A program made the translations under genes and the position numbers. Of a stretch of DNA of 64,000 nt, positions 40,394-53,200 are shown piece after piece; the first letter of the stretch is position 1; each line of letters begins with the position of its first letter. Source of the DNA: Azolla caroliniana (taxonomy: Eukaryota > Plantae > Polypodiophyta); NCBI GenBank assembly GCA_043228905.1, contig JBHGNT010000016.1, forward strand, positions 4,836,001-4,900,000. Direction: 5' to 3'. The notes beneath the pieces are model-generated. The model was not told the origin of the DNA and ran no database searches. It was given only the letters and a program-made list of their open reading frames with translations.

Positions 40394-41029
40394 CACCACA
40401 GGACTCTTCTATGCTCTATTTTCGCGGCTTTCTTTTCTTTCTGTATGTACGCATGCATGCATGTACATAACATACATATAATGTATGTACATATATGCTT
40501 TGTTATGTATGTATGTAATGTAAACGTATGTTATGCTATGTATGTACATATGCATGTTCTCTAATATGTAAATGAGGTATATATAAATGTATTATGTGTA
40601 TGTATATTGCGTTACGTGTAGAATAGTTTTGGTAGCTTAATATAAAATTTAATTATCATTTTGGCCATCTTATAAAAAGTTTGCATCCCCAATTTCGTAA
40701 TCTGATTTACTTTTTGTTGGTTAAAGACACGTAAAATGGCCAAAAACTTCCATGATGGCCATAAAAACCAACATTTTCGTGTATGGATTGCTTGAACATG
40801 GATCTACAATTGCCCATTTCCATCAAAGATGCTTAAATGAGAGGTGGTGATGAGCCTTTCCATGACTAAATAGTTCCAAAGGAGAATCAAGAAGTTCATG
40901 GGGAAATAGAAACATCATGTTGGTGAGATGATGATGTATACAAGGAGCCATTTCACTAATAAACCACATTGTCTTCAAGTGATGAGATCAATGGTCTGAT
41001 TTTAAGGAACATTAAACACATTTCAAAAA

Positions 41030-41226
41030 CAACATTCCTTGAGTTCACTTCTTCATTATGGTATAGTCATGGTATTTCAATTAGATCCACACCATTGTGA
41101 AGGGTTAAACTCATGGAACATTGTTAATGCAACATTCCTTGAGTTCACTTCTTCATTACGGTATAGTCATGTTATTTCCATTAGATCCACACAATTGTGA
41201 AGAACTAAACTCAAGGAACATTGTTA
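41030..41226. repeat. Tandem duplication of about 100 bp
   Basis: CAACATTCCTTGAGTTCACTTCTTCATTA...GGAACATTGTTA occurs twice. Confidence 0.85.
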
Positions 41227-41813
41227 TAATGTATGAAACTTGCCTTAGGGAAGCCAAGTGTATATTTAGTCATGAGATCAAACCTTAAGTTTTTGTCCCA
41301 TTGGTTAGTGAGTAGTTTTCCTAAGATTGTCTTGTTATCATATCTGATTCAGCCAACTTATGCATCATAACAATAAGGATTCAATAACCATCATTGTTGT
41401 ATTGATTGTGTCAAAGGCATCACCATGATCACTCAAACATTCAACATGACATTTGAAATTTAACATATAAGCAGTCAATAAAGATGTGATGAGCAGTCAA
41501 GGTTTAAAATGAACAATGAAGAAACTTTTGGCCGTCCAATGAGATGTGTTATTACCGTCTTTGAGAAGAACTTTCCACTTCCGTATCAAATATACATTGA
41601 GAAGGGAGTTTCCCATTTTAACACGTGTGCGATGGGGCATGAGACCATGTTTGCCATTACTAAGATATAATCCACATAAATTTTCGGCAAACAAATCAGC
41701 ATAGCTCATCCTCAACACTTGGAACATATCAACATGGTCAAAAAATGACCTTATAATACTCGCAGATCTATATCGATACAAATAAACTACTAGTAGGTTA
41801 CACTTTTAGCCAT

Positions 41814-44370
41814 CTATACCAATACGAAATCAGCATCCTCCGAGAAGATAAAATCACCATTGCTCATACTCTTGGCTTCCTCAAGAATTTCATTGATGTC
41901 CAAGAACTTCTCTCCCCCAGTAGAGGCCTACAGAAATAAGAGGTACATGTTATTTATTTCACTCAAAGATTCCCATATATCTGTGAATGAAAGGGTAAAC
42001 AATCAGATACCTCGGGATATGTAGCTTTAACATCGTTGATCATTTCACGGGTGATGCTGCCTTCCATCTATACGAGAAGCAAAATGACATACACATGAGT
42101 CCAATTAACCTTTGCTTCAAACCACAAAACCCCCACACTATTCTCGATCAAATTGGTGATTTTAGAGCAACAATTGCGTGAGATCTATAATGGTACACAG
42201 ATATGAGTACATATGGCATTTCAAATATGAACTAAAACTCAAAAAACAACTGGCCCTGACTCTGGAGGGTTACTTACATCATTAACATATTTAAGAGTGT
42301 CCCGACAGGATCATTATATAATCACGTTGTTACAAAATATGCATATCATAACTTAATAAAGTCAATTGAGATCATTGACTACTCTGTTGTATGCACAAAC
42401 TAAAAGTAATATGCCCTCTATTATGAGCAACAACTTTTCAGTCCTCAATAATCACTTGAAATCTAATGGTACACAGACATGAGTAGATATGGCATTTCAA
42501 ATATGAACTAATGCTCAAAAAACAACTGGTCATGACTCCAGGGAGTTACGTACATCATTTACATATTTCTATAAGAGTCTCTCAACAGGATTATTAGGTA
42601 ATCATGTTGTTACAAAATATGCATATCATAACTTAATAAAGTCAATTGGAATCATTGGCCTGTTGTTCACACAAACTAAAAGTAATACACCTTTTATTAC
42701 GAGCAACATTTTTTGGTTCCTCTGATGAACTGAGATAAAAAAACATGTCATTTCCATGCCTTCACATGGAGATCATGCTCTGATTAAGAGAGCAATGATA
42801 GAAACCTTTGAAAGGAAGACATAATCATAGTATCAATCCTATTAATACAGAGGTGTCATAAAAATAATTTCTATAGGGCTACCATGATTGATCGATCATC
42901 ATGCACCATTGTTACGTCAATACAACCTTGTTCATTACCTTGCTTCCATCTATGGGTATAACTTGTGGTACGGAAATGAAATATAATGTTTTCCTAAACT
43001 AATGATTGATCTTTTTGTATGAAATCTAGTGTTTGAATTCAACACTATTTTATAATGGAATTCTCTTTCTTAGCCAGTTCAAATTAAGGGCGGATATGGC
43101 CTGAATGGCTCACGTGTACCTTACAGATGCCGTTTCACGTCTTAAGTAATTTCTCTGCACATACACAGACATCTCTACCTCAATAATTTATTAATGCATA
43201 TAGTTTTTCATGTATAATTCTCTTCCTTTATATTCTTCATACCCATACTTCTTTTACCATCACTCTTGAACAACAGAAAAGCAAAAATTCGCTCACCATT
43301 GATGAAGAAAAGAGAACAAAACTGATTCTTCTTTCTCCATTATTAATGTGAAGAAAATGAAGGCCATAGACAACTAGCTAGTCCATTCTTTTTCCATCAC
43401 CACTGATGAAGAGAATGTGAAGGTCACAGACAAAAACTTTCCTTTCTCCAGCACCACTGATGAAGAAAAAATAAGTCCACATAGCAACTAACTAAAACTT
43501 CTTTTTCCATCACCATTGATATTGAAGAAAAGAGAAACTAACCAATCCTTCATTGTCAATTACTAATGCTGTGAAGAATATGATATCCATAGACAAGCTG
43601 ATTGATACTGTTTGCTTGTATCCTCATCGATCAAGAAAAATGATGTCCATAGACAAAAGCTCTTCTTTCCCACCATAATGGATGAAGGAAAAGGAAAGTC
43701 ATGGGGCAACTAACCAATCCTTCTTCATCAACCATTGATAGCGAAGAAAAAGGAAGTTCATAGAGAAACTAAATCAATCCTTTATTTGTATTATCATTGA
43801 TATGGAAGAAAAATAAAGTTCACAGGGAAAAACTCCATCGATACTGCATTTGTATCATCATTGAGAAACAAAAATGATGTCCATAGACAAGAACTCTTCT
43901 GTCTCCATCACCATTGATGAAGGAAAACAAAGACAAGGAACCTAGCACTCTTTCTCCATCATCATTGATGTGGATGAAAAAAAGAAGGTCATTGAGAGAC
44001 TAAATCGATCCTTACTTTCTTTTCATTACTACTACTAATGATGAACAAAAAAACATTGACGGAAGGAAGGGCTCACCGGTGCGGAGATGTACTCCTTTTC
44101 GAATTCTAGCAGAGTGTTGGTGGCCACGAGATGTTCGAACTCCTTCCCGAGATTAGAAAGACTGTTCTTGCCATGACTGCTACAACTTCCGCCGCCACTA
44201 CTTCCTCCTCCACTGCTACTGTTTCCACCACAGCAACCACTGCCGCCACTGTTGCAGACGATCGACAGATATCTGTTCGGCGGGGAAGAAAGAAACGGAG
44301 ACCTTGCCGTCGGAAACGCGAGAGAATTGGATAACAGAAGCACAGGGGGAGGTGCACACGCCATGGCCAT
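41814..44370 (-). CDS. Uncharacterised 154-aa protein with predicted plastid transit peptide, 3 exons
   Basis: Exons 44370-44077, 42067-42011 and 41927-41814 are joined by phase-0 GT-AG introns and end at TAG. The N-terminus is Ser/Pro/Arg-rich and ends in SIVC. It is followed by GGSGCCGG...GGGSCSSH and an acidic C-terminus. Confidence 0.7.
42183..42720. repeat. Tandem duplication of about 275 bp in intron 1 of the uncharacterised gene
   Basis: TAATGGTACACAGA...GGCATTTCAAATATGAACTAA...CACAAACTAAAAGTAATA occurs twice (from about 42187 and about 42465). Confidence 0.85.
43250..44045. repeat. Degenerate tandem array of about 55-65 bp units (about 12 copies) in the same intron
   Basis: Recurring TTCTCCATCACCA(T/C)TGATGAAGAAAAA...CATAGACAA core. 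Confidence 0.7.
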
Positions 44371-44824
44371 GGAAGGAAGCGGGGGCGTCTGAAACACTAT
44401 GTAGAGGGTAATGCTGTTGTTTTAGTTTTTAATTCTTTGAGTAAAAGAAAACAAGCATTCTCAGAGAAGAAGATAAGATAGATTCATAGATCTTCACGCA
44501 TTCTCTTCTTGCTCTCTGTGACCATTGGCAAATGACAAATATCTCTCTCTGTGTGACCATTGGTAATTGAAAAATATCTCTTCCTCCCAATAGTCAAAGA
44601 GGAAATAATATTATGTGCACACAGGCAGATTGATCTTTGAAGCCATCATCCCCCCCTTTTGCCAACTAATCATAGCTTCTGATCATTGTTGTTGTCGCGG
44701 TAAGTCATTTGGTGATATACCCTTTGTTGTAGGGCTTTTGATGTTCGCCCCGTGTTTCGTGTTTAATCGATTGAAGAAGAAGAAGTGGGGTGAGATTCGC
44801 TGCCGGTGCGTTGTTCCTAGTTTA

Positions 44825-45294
44825 TATGGAGTTTCAGGAGCCTCCAAAAGAATCCACACGAACCGAAAACAAGTATTACATTCCCACAAGAGAAGAACTT
44901 GAAGTGTTGTGTTTAAACAAGTTCTCAATTTAGTGGGGATTCGGGAGGCCAACTTGAAGAGGAATCTACTTTGGGAAACATAAGAGTGACCTTTCCAATG
45001 TACTTTCAAAAAACAATTGTGGCCTTTCCAATCTACTTTCCAAAGGCAACTCCTCAAATGGGGATAACCAAATGGAGTTTCATGAGCCCCCAAAAGAATC
45101 CATGTGAACCGAAACAAGTATTACATTCCCACGAGAAAAGAACTGGAATTGTTGTATTTAAACAAGTTCTCAATTGAGTGGGGAGGCGAACTTGACACGG
45201 GATCTACTTTGCAAAATGTAAGCACTACTTAGAAAACAACTATGGCCTTCCAAATCTACTTTCCAAAGGCAACTCCTTAGATGGGGATAACCAA
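44825..45294. repeat. Tandem duplication of about 245 bp upstream of the uncharacterised gene
   Basis: ATGGAGTTTCA...AAGTATTACATTCCCAC...CCAAAGGCAACTCC...ATGGGGATAACCAA occurs twice. Confidence 0.85.
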
Positions 45295-45785
45295 ATTATT
45301 TTTCCACACACATTTACTCTATCTAGCAAATATATTTATTTAGCTAGACTATGAGATTCTCTTTTGTTGGTGGAACCTTTAAAAAGGGGAGAAATGTTAC
45401 AAACTCATGAGGTGAGGCCTTGAGTCAATTGGAATACTTGAATGCAACGCCAACATGAACAAAATACAATTTGCTATTTCATGGTGTGTATTTGAAATAG
45501 AGTAGGTGCACTTGAGTGATGGGGTTTTTCTTTTTTCCAAAAACAATATTCTTCATTAGTAGAAATTCTACATACATGACGAAATGATTAGTCTGACAAC
45601 ATTATAAAGGCTATAGCCATGATGGGCCAATAAGAGAGCTCAAAGACTCAGAGTGGAAAACTAAAAAGAATGGTTGTCCATATGTTCATCCATGTAGTTG
45701 TCCATACGTGGATAGATACTATGTCATTATTATTTCGTTCCCTCATGCTCATCAACATATGTAATAAATACCACATGTTTGTTTC

Positions 45786-46108
45786 TTATAATATATCAAC
45801 ATATGCATAGATGTTGTACATAGAGACATATGCAGTCACATGTGATTCATCCAAACTAATTGTTTCTTCAAAAGCTTGCTTTCCGAGCTCTACATTTCTG
45901 TAGTTTCGACAAGCACCTAGCATAGTAAGCCACATCACGGTATTGGGATGTGGGATGATGTTTTCTTCACTAGTTCTATTGCTTCATCCAATTGGCCTGC
46001 ACTGCTAAACAGATCAACCATGCAAATTTGATGCCCAACCAATGGATGAATTCCATAATTTCTAGTCATGGCTTCACAACGAACTTGACCATATCTTGTA
46101 ATCAGAAC
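45786..46108 (-). pseudogene. PLS-class PPR pseudogene, 3' part (last repeats and E domain)
   Basis: Translates as EAMTRNYGIHPLVGHQICMVDLFSSAGQLDEAIELVKK, a frameshift, then PNTVMWLTMLGACRNYRNVELGKQAFEETISLDESHVTAYVSMYNIYA. Confidence 0.85.
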
Positions 46109-47229
46109 TGTTGAGAATCAAGCTCAACTTGGTCTAGTGTGTGAACTCACCTTGAGAGTGAATAGATACTCCAACGGTCAAGGACAAGGCGGACGAGGTC
46201 CGACCTATGACAACAACTCGCAATTTCGGCCCGCAAAACGAAAGCCAATGAGGAACCTTCGCAAGAAGGGGGAGCTTCCACTCCGGCCCAAGTCGTCAAA
46301 ATGCAACCGAATGCGGATATTGCGGAAAGCTCAGCCACCACGAAGAAGAGTGCCGAAAGAAGATGCGCGAATCGGCTTCCACAAGCCGACAACTCACGAA
46401 TTACGCACACAATTCCGACTACGAAGAGTATAACGGAATGTACGGGCACAACTCTGACAACGAAGATCGTGGCGGAATGTATGCACACAACTCCGACCAT
46501 GGCGGAATGTTCATGATGAAACATAGAGCAAACTCTATGTCGGCCTCTACCTCAACTAGTGCCCTCAATCCGGAGGACGTATGGTTTGTTGACTCCGGAG
46601 CCTCAAACCATATGACATCTCATAAAGAATGGTTTCTCGAACTTCAAGAGCCGGAGCGATCCGGTTATGTCGAAACCGGAGATGACACTACACACCCGAT
46701 TCGGCACATCGGCAATGTTCCGTTCGGTGAAAGAGGTAAGCAAACATACATTAAAAATGTCTTGCATGTTCCCTCCATCACGAAGAACTTATCTCGGTCA
46801 GTCAAATGGTTGAGCAAGGAATGCAAGTACGATTCGACCAAGAAGGGTGCTTCATCGAAAAAGAGGGCTGAATCATTGCGTGGGAAGAAGAGAGGGCCGG
46901 ATGTTCATTCTCGATTCACATGAGATGAAATCCTCCATGTTCGCAAAAAGCACGAAAGCCGACTCCGACATAGAGCTATGGCACAAGTGAATCGGCCACA
47001 TCAATCTCAACAAACTAAAAGCAATGAAATCAAAAGGAGTCGTCATCAGACTCCCGACATTCAAAGAGAAGGAGATTGAAGGTGTATGCGAAGCGTGGCA
47101 ATTCGGCAAGCAACACCGACACCCATTCCCGAAAGAGCGGAACGTGAGCAAAGGTCTACTCGACGTAGTCCATTCCGACATATGGCGACCGCCGCAGACG
47201 GCTACATTCGGCGGATGCCGATATTACGT

Positions 47230-50200
47230 TGTCGCGTTGTTATGCTTTCACGTGTGAAATAAGGCGGGACCACGGGGGCCCTAAACTGAGGAGCAGGAGA
47301 GACAAGAGGAAGCAAGGAGCACACAAGTGTAAGGCCTGCTAGACCTGTCGGCAACCGACGACACTTGCCCGTTGATTGAACTACCAACGCATACCAACTT
47401 AATCAAGGAGCACACTCGAGAGAAGTGAAAGAAGACACTCCCAGAAATATAGATAACACAGATGACACAGATGACACAGTTAAACAGAAACAAGAGATCA
47501 ATTACAATAGAAGTGATAATTACAACGATGGCAAACCCTGCAGAGGATGATGATAGCGGAAGCGAGAGCTCGGTTCCCAGTCCGACAACACCTCCTTCCC
47601 TCCCTAAAACTTGATACCCCCCCCTTCTTTTCCCTTTTTCTTTTTATAGGTCGTCCAGGAGGCAGTTACATCAAAATATGCTAACTTTATTCTCTGTCTC
47701 TTTGGACAGAGATACACATTGATTTCCTAATTAATAAATATGTCGTACTTAGTATATTTACATTAGTCGTTCTATGCTTAGTTGTGTATAATGTGTCAAT
47801 TCGCGCACACTCGTGCAAGGGCAGGTTCACGCCTTTAATCCCTTGATTCCTCTTAGCGCCAGTTTTCTCCAAGACATCCACCCCCACCAAACCACAAGTC
47901 CACCGGTACATGCCAGATACTAACAATCACCGGAGAAGGTCGGCTCGTATCCGTCACTCCCCGAACCCTCGTCTGCTCCGAACCGGCCGTCGTCATCAGT
48001 CACGCTTCTTGGGTCCAGCTCGTCCTAATGCCGCTTCTTGAACGCCTTGATCCGCTTCCCGGCTACTGACACTGTTAATCGCATCTCATCGAGCTCCGCA
48101 AGATGACACGTCCTGTTGCCATTTGCGCTTGTTACGGCGTAGGACCCGAACCACCTCCTTGTGAATTTGCGCGTTGCCTTGTGTTGGTTGTCGAGGCTAT
48201 TGTCGTACACCAACACCCAGTCGCCTTCCTCGATCTTCTTTGGACACAGTCGGTGTGTCCGGTCAAACCGGCCTTTGTTCCTCTCCCTTGTCGTTTGCAG
48301 CTTTGTCTTTGCCCTCTCCACGTCCTCTGGTCTTCGCTCGAGCTATCGAATCCGCGCCGCCAACAACTCTTCCCGGCTCATCTCGTTCCTCCAATTTATC
48401 ACCGCCCACGAGGAAATCGTCCGCTCCACTGACATGACTAGTTTCTGCCCGTACATTAGCTTCGTCGGCATGTACCCGGTCATTGTACTATGCGTCGTCC
48501 GATCTGCCCATAGTGCGTAGGGTAGGAGTCGCGGCCAATTCCCGACTTGGCCTCCGTAGGCCCGAACCAACGCCTTTACTATTGGCTCGTGTCCGCGCTC
48601 CATCTTCTCGTTTGCCTCTGGATTGTACGCCGTAGTGAGCGAGAGTTTAACCCCTAACCATCCAAACAGCTCCTCAGCCTCCTGTGCATCCAATTCCCCA
48701 CGGTCCCCTACGATCTTTCCTACGCACCCGTACCGGCACACCACCTCCTCGATTAGGAACCAACATACGGCCGCGGTCGTCTTGTTTGGTAATGCTCGAC
48801 CCTCCACTTGGTTCGTCAAATCCTCTCGAGTTAGCACCAGGTACCGCATTTGCCCTACCCCCATCGACATCGTTACTAGATCCACCATCCACTTGAAGTG
48901 GACGGTCGACAGGTAAGTCGGGTGCAACTCGTCCCGATGTCGGACCGTGGAGTGCAGTTGACAACTTTCGCACGTCGTCACGAACTGGTACACATCCCGG
49001 TACAGCCTCGACCACCAATATTTCTCTCTCAGCTTCTCAAACATGGGCCATGTCCCGCGGTGTCCGCCCCAAGGACTCTCGTGGTACATTGTTAGCAATT
49101 TGTCTTGCTCATCCTTTCTCGCCACTACGCGGAGTGGAACGCCGCCTCGCTTCTTTGGGAGCTTCCATATGCTTCCATCTGTAGGAAGAATCGACACGCT
49201 TTCTTCCGGATCCGGTTAGCCTCCACTCGGCTCCATGTCGCGTCCGGCATCATTGTCCTCAGGAATCTTCAGATCTAGAGCAACTCCCCATCATACTCTC
49301 CCTCGTTGAACTCGCTCAGTGCCGGAGTGCTCCCTGCCCTTGTTGTCACGTGCGTTGACTCAAAGAAGTCCACGCCGACCTCTTCGTCTTCCGAAACAAT
49401 GTCGTCTTCGTCATCAAACATCGCTCTTGAAAGCATATCGGCCATGGTGTTATCCTTTCCAGATATGTGTCGTATCTCCGGGTTCAGAGATTTTATGTAC
49501 GCGATCCACCTGAGCATCGCCAGGTCCGAAGTCGCGCATCTGGAAACCATACCGAGGATTGGCAGGCCATCTGTCTCAATTATCACTTCCATCCCAATTA
49601 GATAGTCTTTGTCGGCCTTGATTGCCGAAACGATACCCCAGAGTTCGCACTTAACTTGGGCGTATCCTCGCTGTCACTCATTGAGAACCTTCGCTCTGAA
49701 CCGGATCGGGAACCGCATGCCGCCCTCGTCCTCCTAATTGATCACCCATCCTATCCCGGTCGGGCTCATATCTACGGTTACGTAGATTGGGACCTCCTTG
49801 TTGTAAATCGCTTTCCGAAGAGTCAGTGCCACAATAAGTGCCCCCTTTAGCCGCCGGATCGACTCCGTATGCTCCTTGCCCCATTTGAACTTACGCCCCT
49901 TTTTCAGCAGCTCGTAGAGTGGTTTCGCGGCATGTGCGTAGTGCGGAATATAGATGTGATAGAATGCACATGCCCCCAAGAATCTTCGGACCTCCGTAAC
50001 CGACCCGCATTCATCCTTCATCACAGAGATGGCCTTCACCTTCACTGGAGTCGGTTTCCGGTTGTAAGGCCCGCACAAGTGCCCGACTACTAGGATCTCC
50101 GATTGCCTAAAAGCTGACTTCTCTCCGGAGAAGGTGAGCCGCGCACTCTCAAGCCTTTGTAGCACCTTCTCGCAGTCGTTGATGTGGTCTGCCACAAATT

Positions 50201-53200
50201 TCCAGCATCCGTCCGGCCCGACCGATTTGTCCTTATTCCCCATCGGACATCCCTTGATCGGGATGTCATCCAAGAATGGCATGGTGATGTCCGGGATCCG
50301 GTCCCTCAACACCTTGTTCATTGCATTCACCATGTGCGCCACTGAGTTGGTCCCTCCTTGCGGCAGGGTACACATCTGCACTAGGCCGATAGGAGACCTC
50401 ATCATCGTGATATCCCTTCTCTCTACGGCTAGTTGGAACTGGTCATACCCCGAATATAGATCACCGAACGAATAGATTCACCTTCCAACAAAGGCCTCTA
50501 CGAACTCATCAACGGCCGGACCGATACCTGCATTCTGAATGGTCACTTTATTGACCGGTTGTAGGTCCTGAATGAAACGCAACATGCCGTTCTTCTTTGG
50601 CACCGTGAACCACCGGTTCGAATATGGGGCACTCGACGGCTCGAGGATGCCCATCTCCACCTTCTGCTTCAGTACCTCCATCAATTTTGGGATGTGAGCT
50701 CTGGGTACCGAAATCGGTTTGAGATTCCATGGTACGTGCGGTACCGTGAAGATTACCATTGATTCAACAATTGTCAAGTCCACGCACTTGATTTCCTCTG
50801 GTGTGAATGCGAAGGCTTTCCCATGCCTCCCGAGCATCCTCCGAAACCGGTCCTCTTCCGCCGGTAGTAGAAAGCCACCCCCATCGACCTTGAGCTCCCG
50901 TAGCGTTATGTCGGTGAACCTGTGTCCTATGCCGGCCGGATTCCGCAAACTTGGGTCCCATGCGACCCCTTTTATTCGTTCCTCGCTGCCCTCTGGCAAG
51001 GGTGCCGCGACTGGCCTCACCTTCCGGTCCACAGTCTTGTAATTTGTATCCACACATGCTGTCTGATCCGACCTGACCCTTCCCCTGAAGTCAGCAATGA
51101 CTTCGTACATTCCCACTAAGTTAACCAGAATCATCCGGTCTTCACTGAGGCCTTCTTCGATCACCTTCCCGATTTCCCTGAGGGTGTCATCAAACGAGAC
51201 CGCCTCCATGGCACCACTAATTTCCTCATCGGGGTCGAGGACTCCGCATGTCCTGAGTCGTTCCTCTACCCGCTTTTTCTCCCGGCCAATGATGTCAGCT
51301 ATCGTACAACCTTTGCCATTGGAGAACCAAAACTTCCTACCTACGGTATAGGTGTGGGGATCCTCTAGGGTGTCCGGACTATCGCGGCCCCACGCCTTGA
51401 TAGCCCTCTCTAAAAATCCCCTCGTTCGTCGTTGCCGAGGGTTTCGCGGTTCCTCTCATGGTTCGGTCGTACAGTCAGGAATTGGACAGACTGTCGTCCA
51501 TCTTGGCTCTTTACACGCGCGTACGCCGAACCGTTATCCAGTACCCTTGTCTCCATACGCGCCGCCGTAATGTACGGCTCGCCGAGTATCACCGGGTGCG
51601 AAGATGTCTCCTACACGAAAAAGTGTTGATCAACCTCGACGTCACTGATCTTGACGCGTACATTCGGGCACGCCCCGTGCAACTTCTCCGTAGCACGGGT
51701 CGCCGCACGTATTTTCTAGCCGTGCTTGGTGTTGATTGGCCACTTTCCTTTCTTGTAGAAGTCCAAGGACATGAGGTTTATCTCCGAACCATGGTCTATC
51801 AATGCAACCACCGGCTCCTGCACGTCCCCGATCCGGACAAGGGTTTTCGTGGTGGCCCTGGCCCCGTGTAACTTCAAGTAGTGGCTATCTGCTAACTCGT
51901 CTTCTAGGGCCGCATCCTCTAAGTGCACCACATCGGCTTCTCTGGTTCCGACTTTGTAGAGAGCCGCTTGCACTTCACTAAATCTACGATGGAATCATGG
52001 AATTCCTTCTTCGCAATCCCAAGCACTTCCCGCAAAGATAGCTTGACCTTCTTGTTGAGGATCCGTTCTTCTAGAACCTTCCATAGGTCCGTCGTCCTTT
52101 CAATCTCGGTGCTTAGCCGGTAACCGGCCCGCTTCATTTTGTCTGGTGCACCGAGGTTACCGGCATCGTTTTGGTTCTGCCCGAGCCGGGTCTCGTACCG
52201 CTGTGAGGACCCGGCACCTCCGGCCTTTCCCGCACGCTTGTCTTCTACCAAAACCTCATAGTTCTGGCACGTTGCTTCCACGAGACTAGTCTTCTCCTCA
52301 ACCGGATCGTCCCACCTAGTGACCTCCTGGACCCGCCGCTCTGCGCGACTCGCTTCCTCCCTCTCCAGTCGTGCACTGGAGAGGCCTTCTAGAATTGAGC
52401 GCCAGAAGCCAGAGTCCTTCGTTTTCCGGTCTTTGTCACCTCCCACCCAGATCCCAGCCGATGCTGAATAATGGACGACTTCCACATGGCGCGCCTCCGC
52501 TTCTTCCATTAGCCGCTTCATCCCGCCACGCCAAAAATTTGTCTCCTCCTCTCTCCGAGTATCACTAGCGTGCACCCGTCCATTCCATAGGTACATCACA
52601 TTACCCTTGAGGGCTTCAACAAACTCCACGCAGTCTCACCGGTTGTGCCCGACCGCGTCGCACCACATACACCGTTGTCCAACCGGTGGCCTTCGGTCGC
52701 GTGGATGCCCTCCACTGTCTCTTCGAGCCTGCACAATCTGCAGGTCATGCACCATTTGTGTCAGCTCCTCAAGAGCCACTCCCTCGGATGGGCCCTTGAC
52801 CGCTCCGGTCGACACTGGGCTAGTTTCAATCCAATCTTGGGTTTCCTCCGTTCGTGTCGGCGAAGGCTCATCGAACTTCCTTGCTAGGGTGGGTTCCGTC
52901 GCCAACGACTTCTCGTCGCCCCACTCTCGCCATTTGTCGAAGCGGCTGCAGATCGCCTTGACCACGGCCTAGTCGGTTGTCAGCCCATCATCTATTCCAA
53001 CAGGAGACCCACCTAGCCCCTATCCCGCACGTCCACCAATTTGACAAACAACAGAACACGACTCATGTCCAACACGGTCTTGTCCAGCGTTGAGGGCCGT
53101 GCGAAGCATTCTTCGAACTCCCAGAGGAGTGCCGACGCATTCCTCCCCTTCCCGGGGGTTTCCACCACCCACTCCATGAAGTCCCGCTTCGATAACTGAA

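Noticed and set aside
44683-45177. ORFs upstream of the orphan gene
   Set aside because: They derive mostly from the 245-bp tandem duplication and show no motif or splice support.
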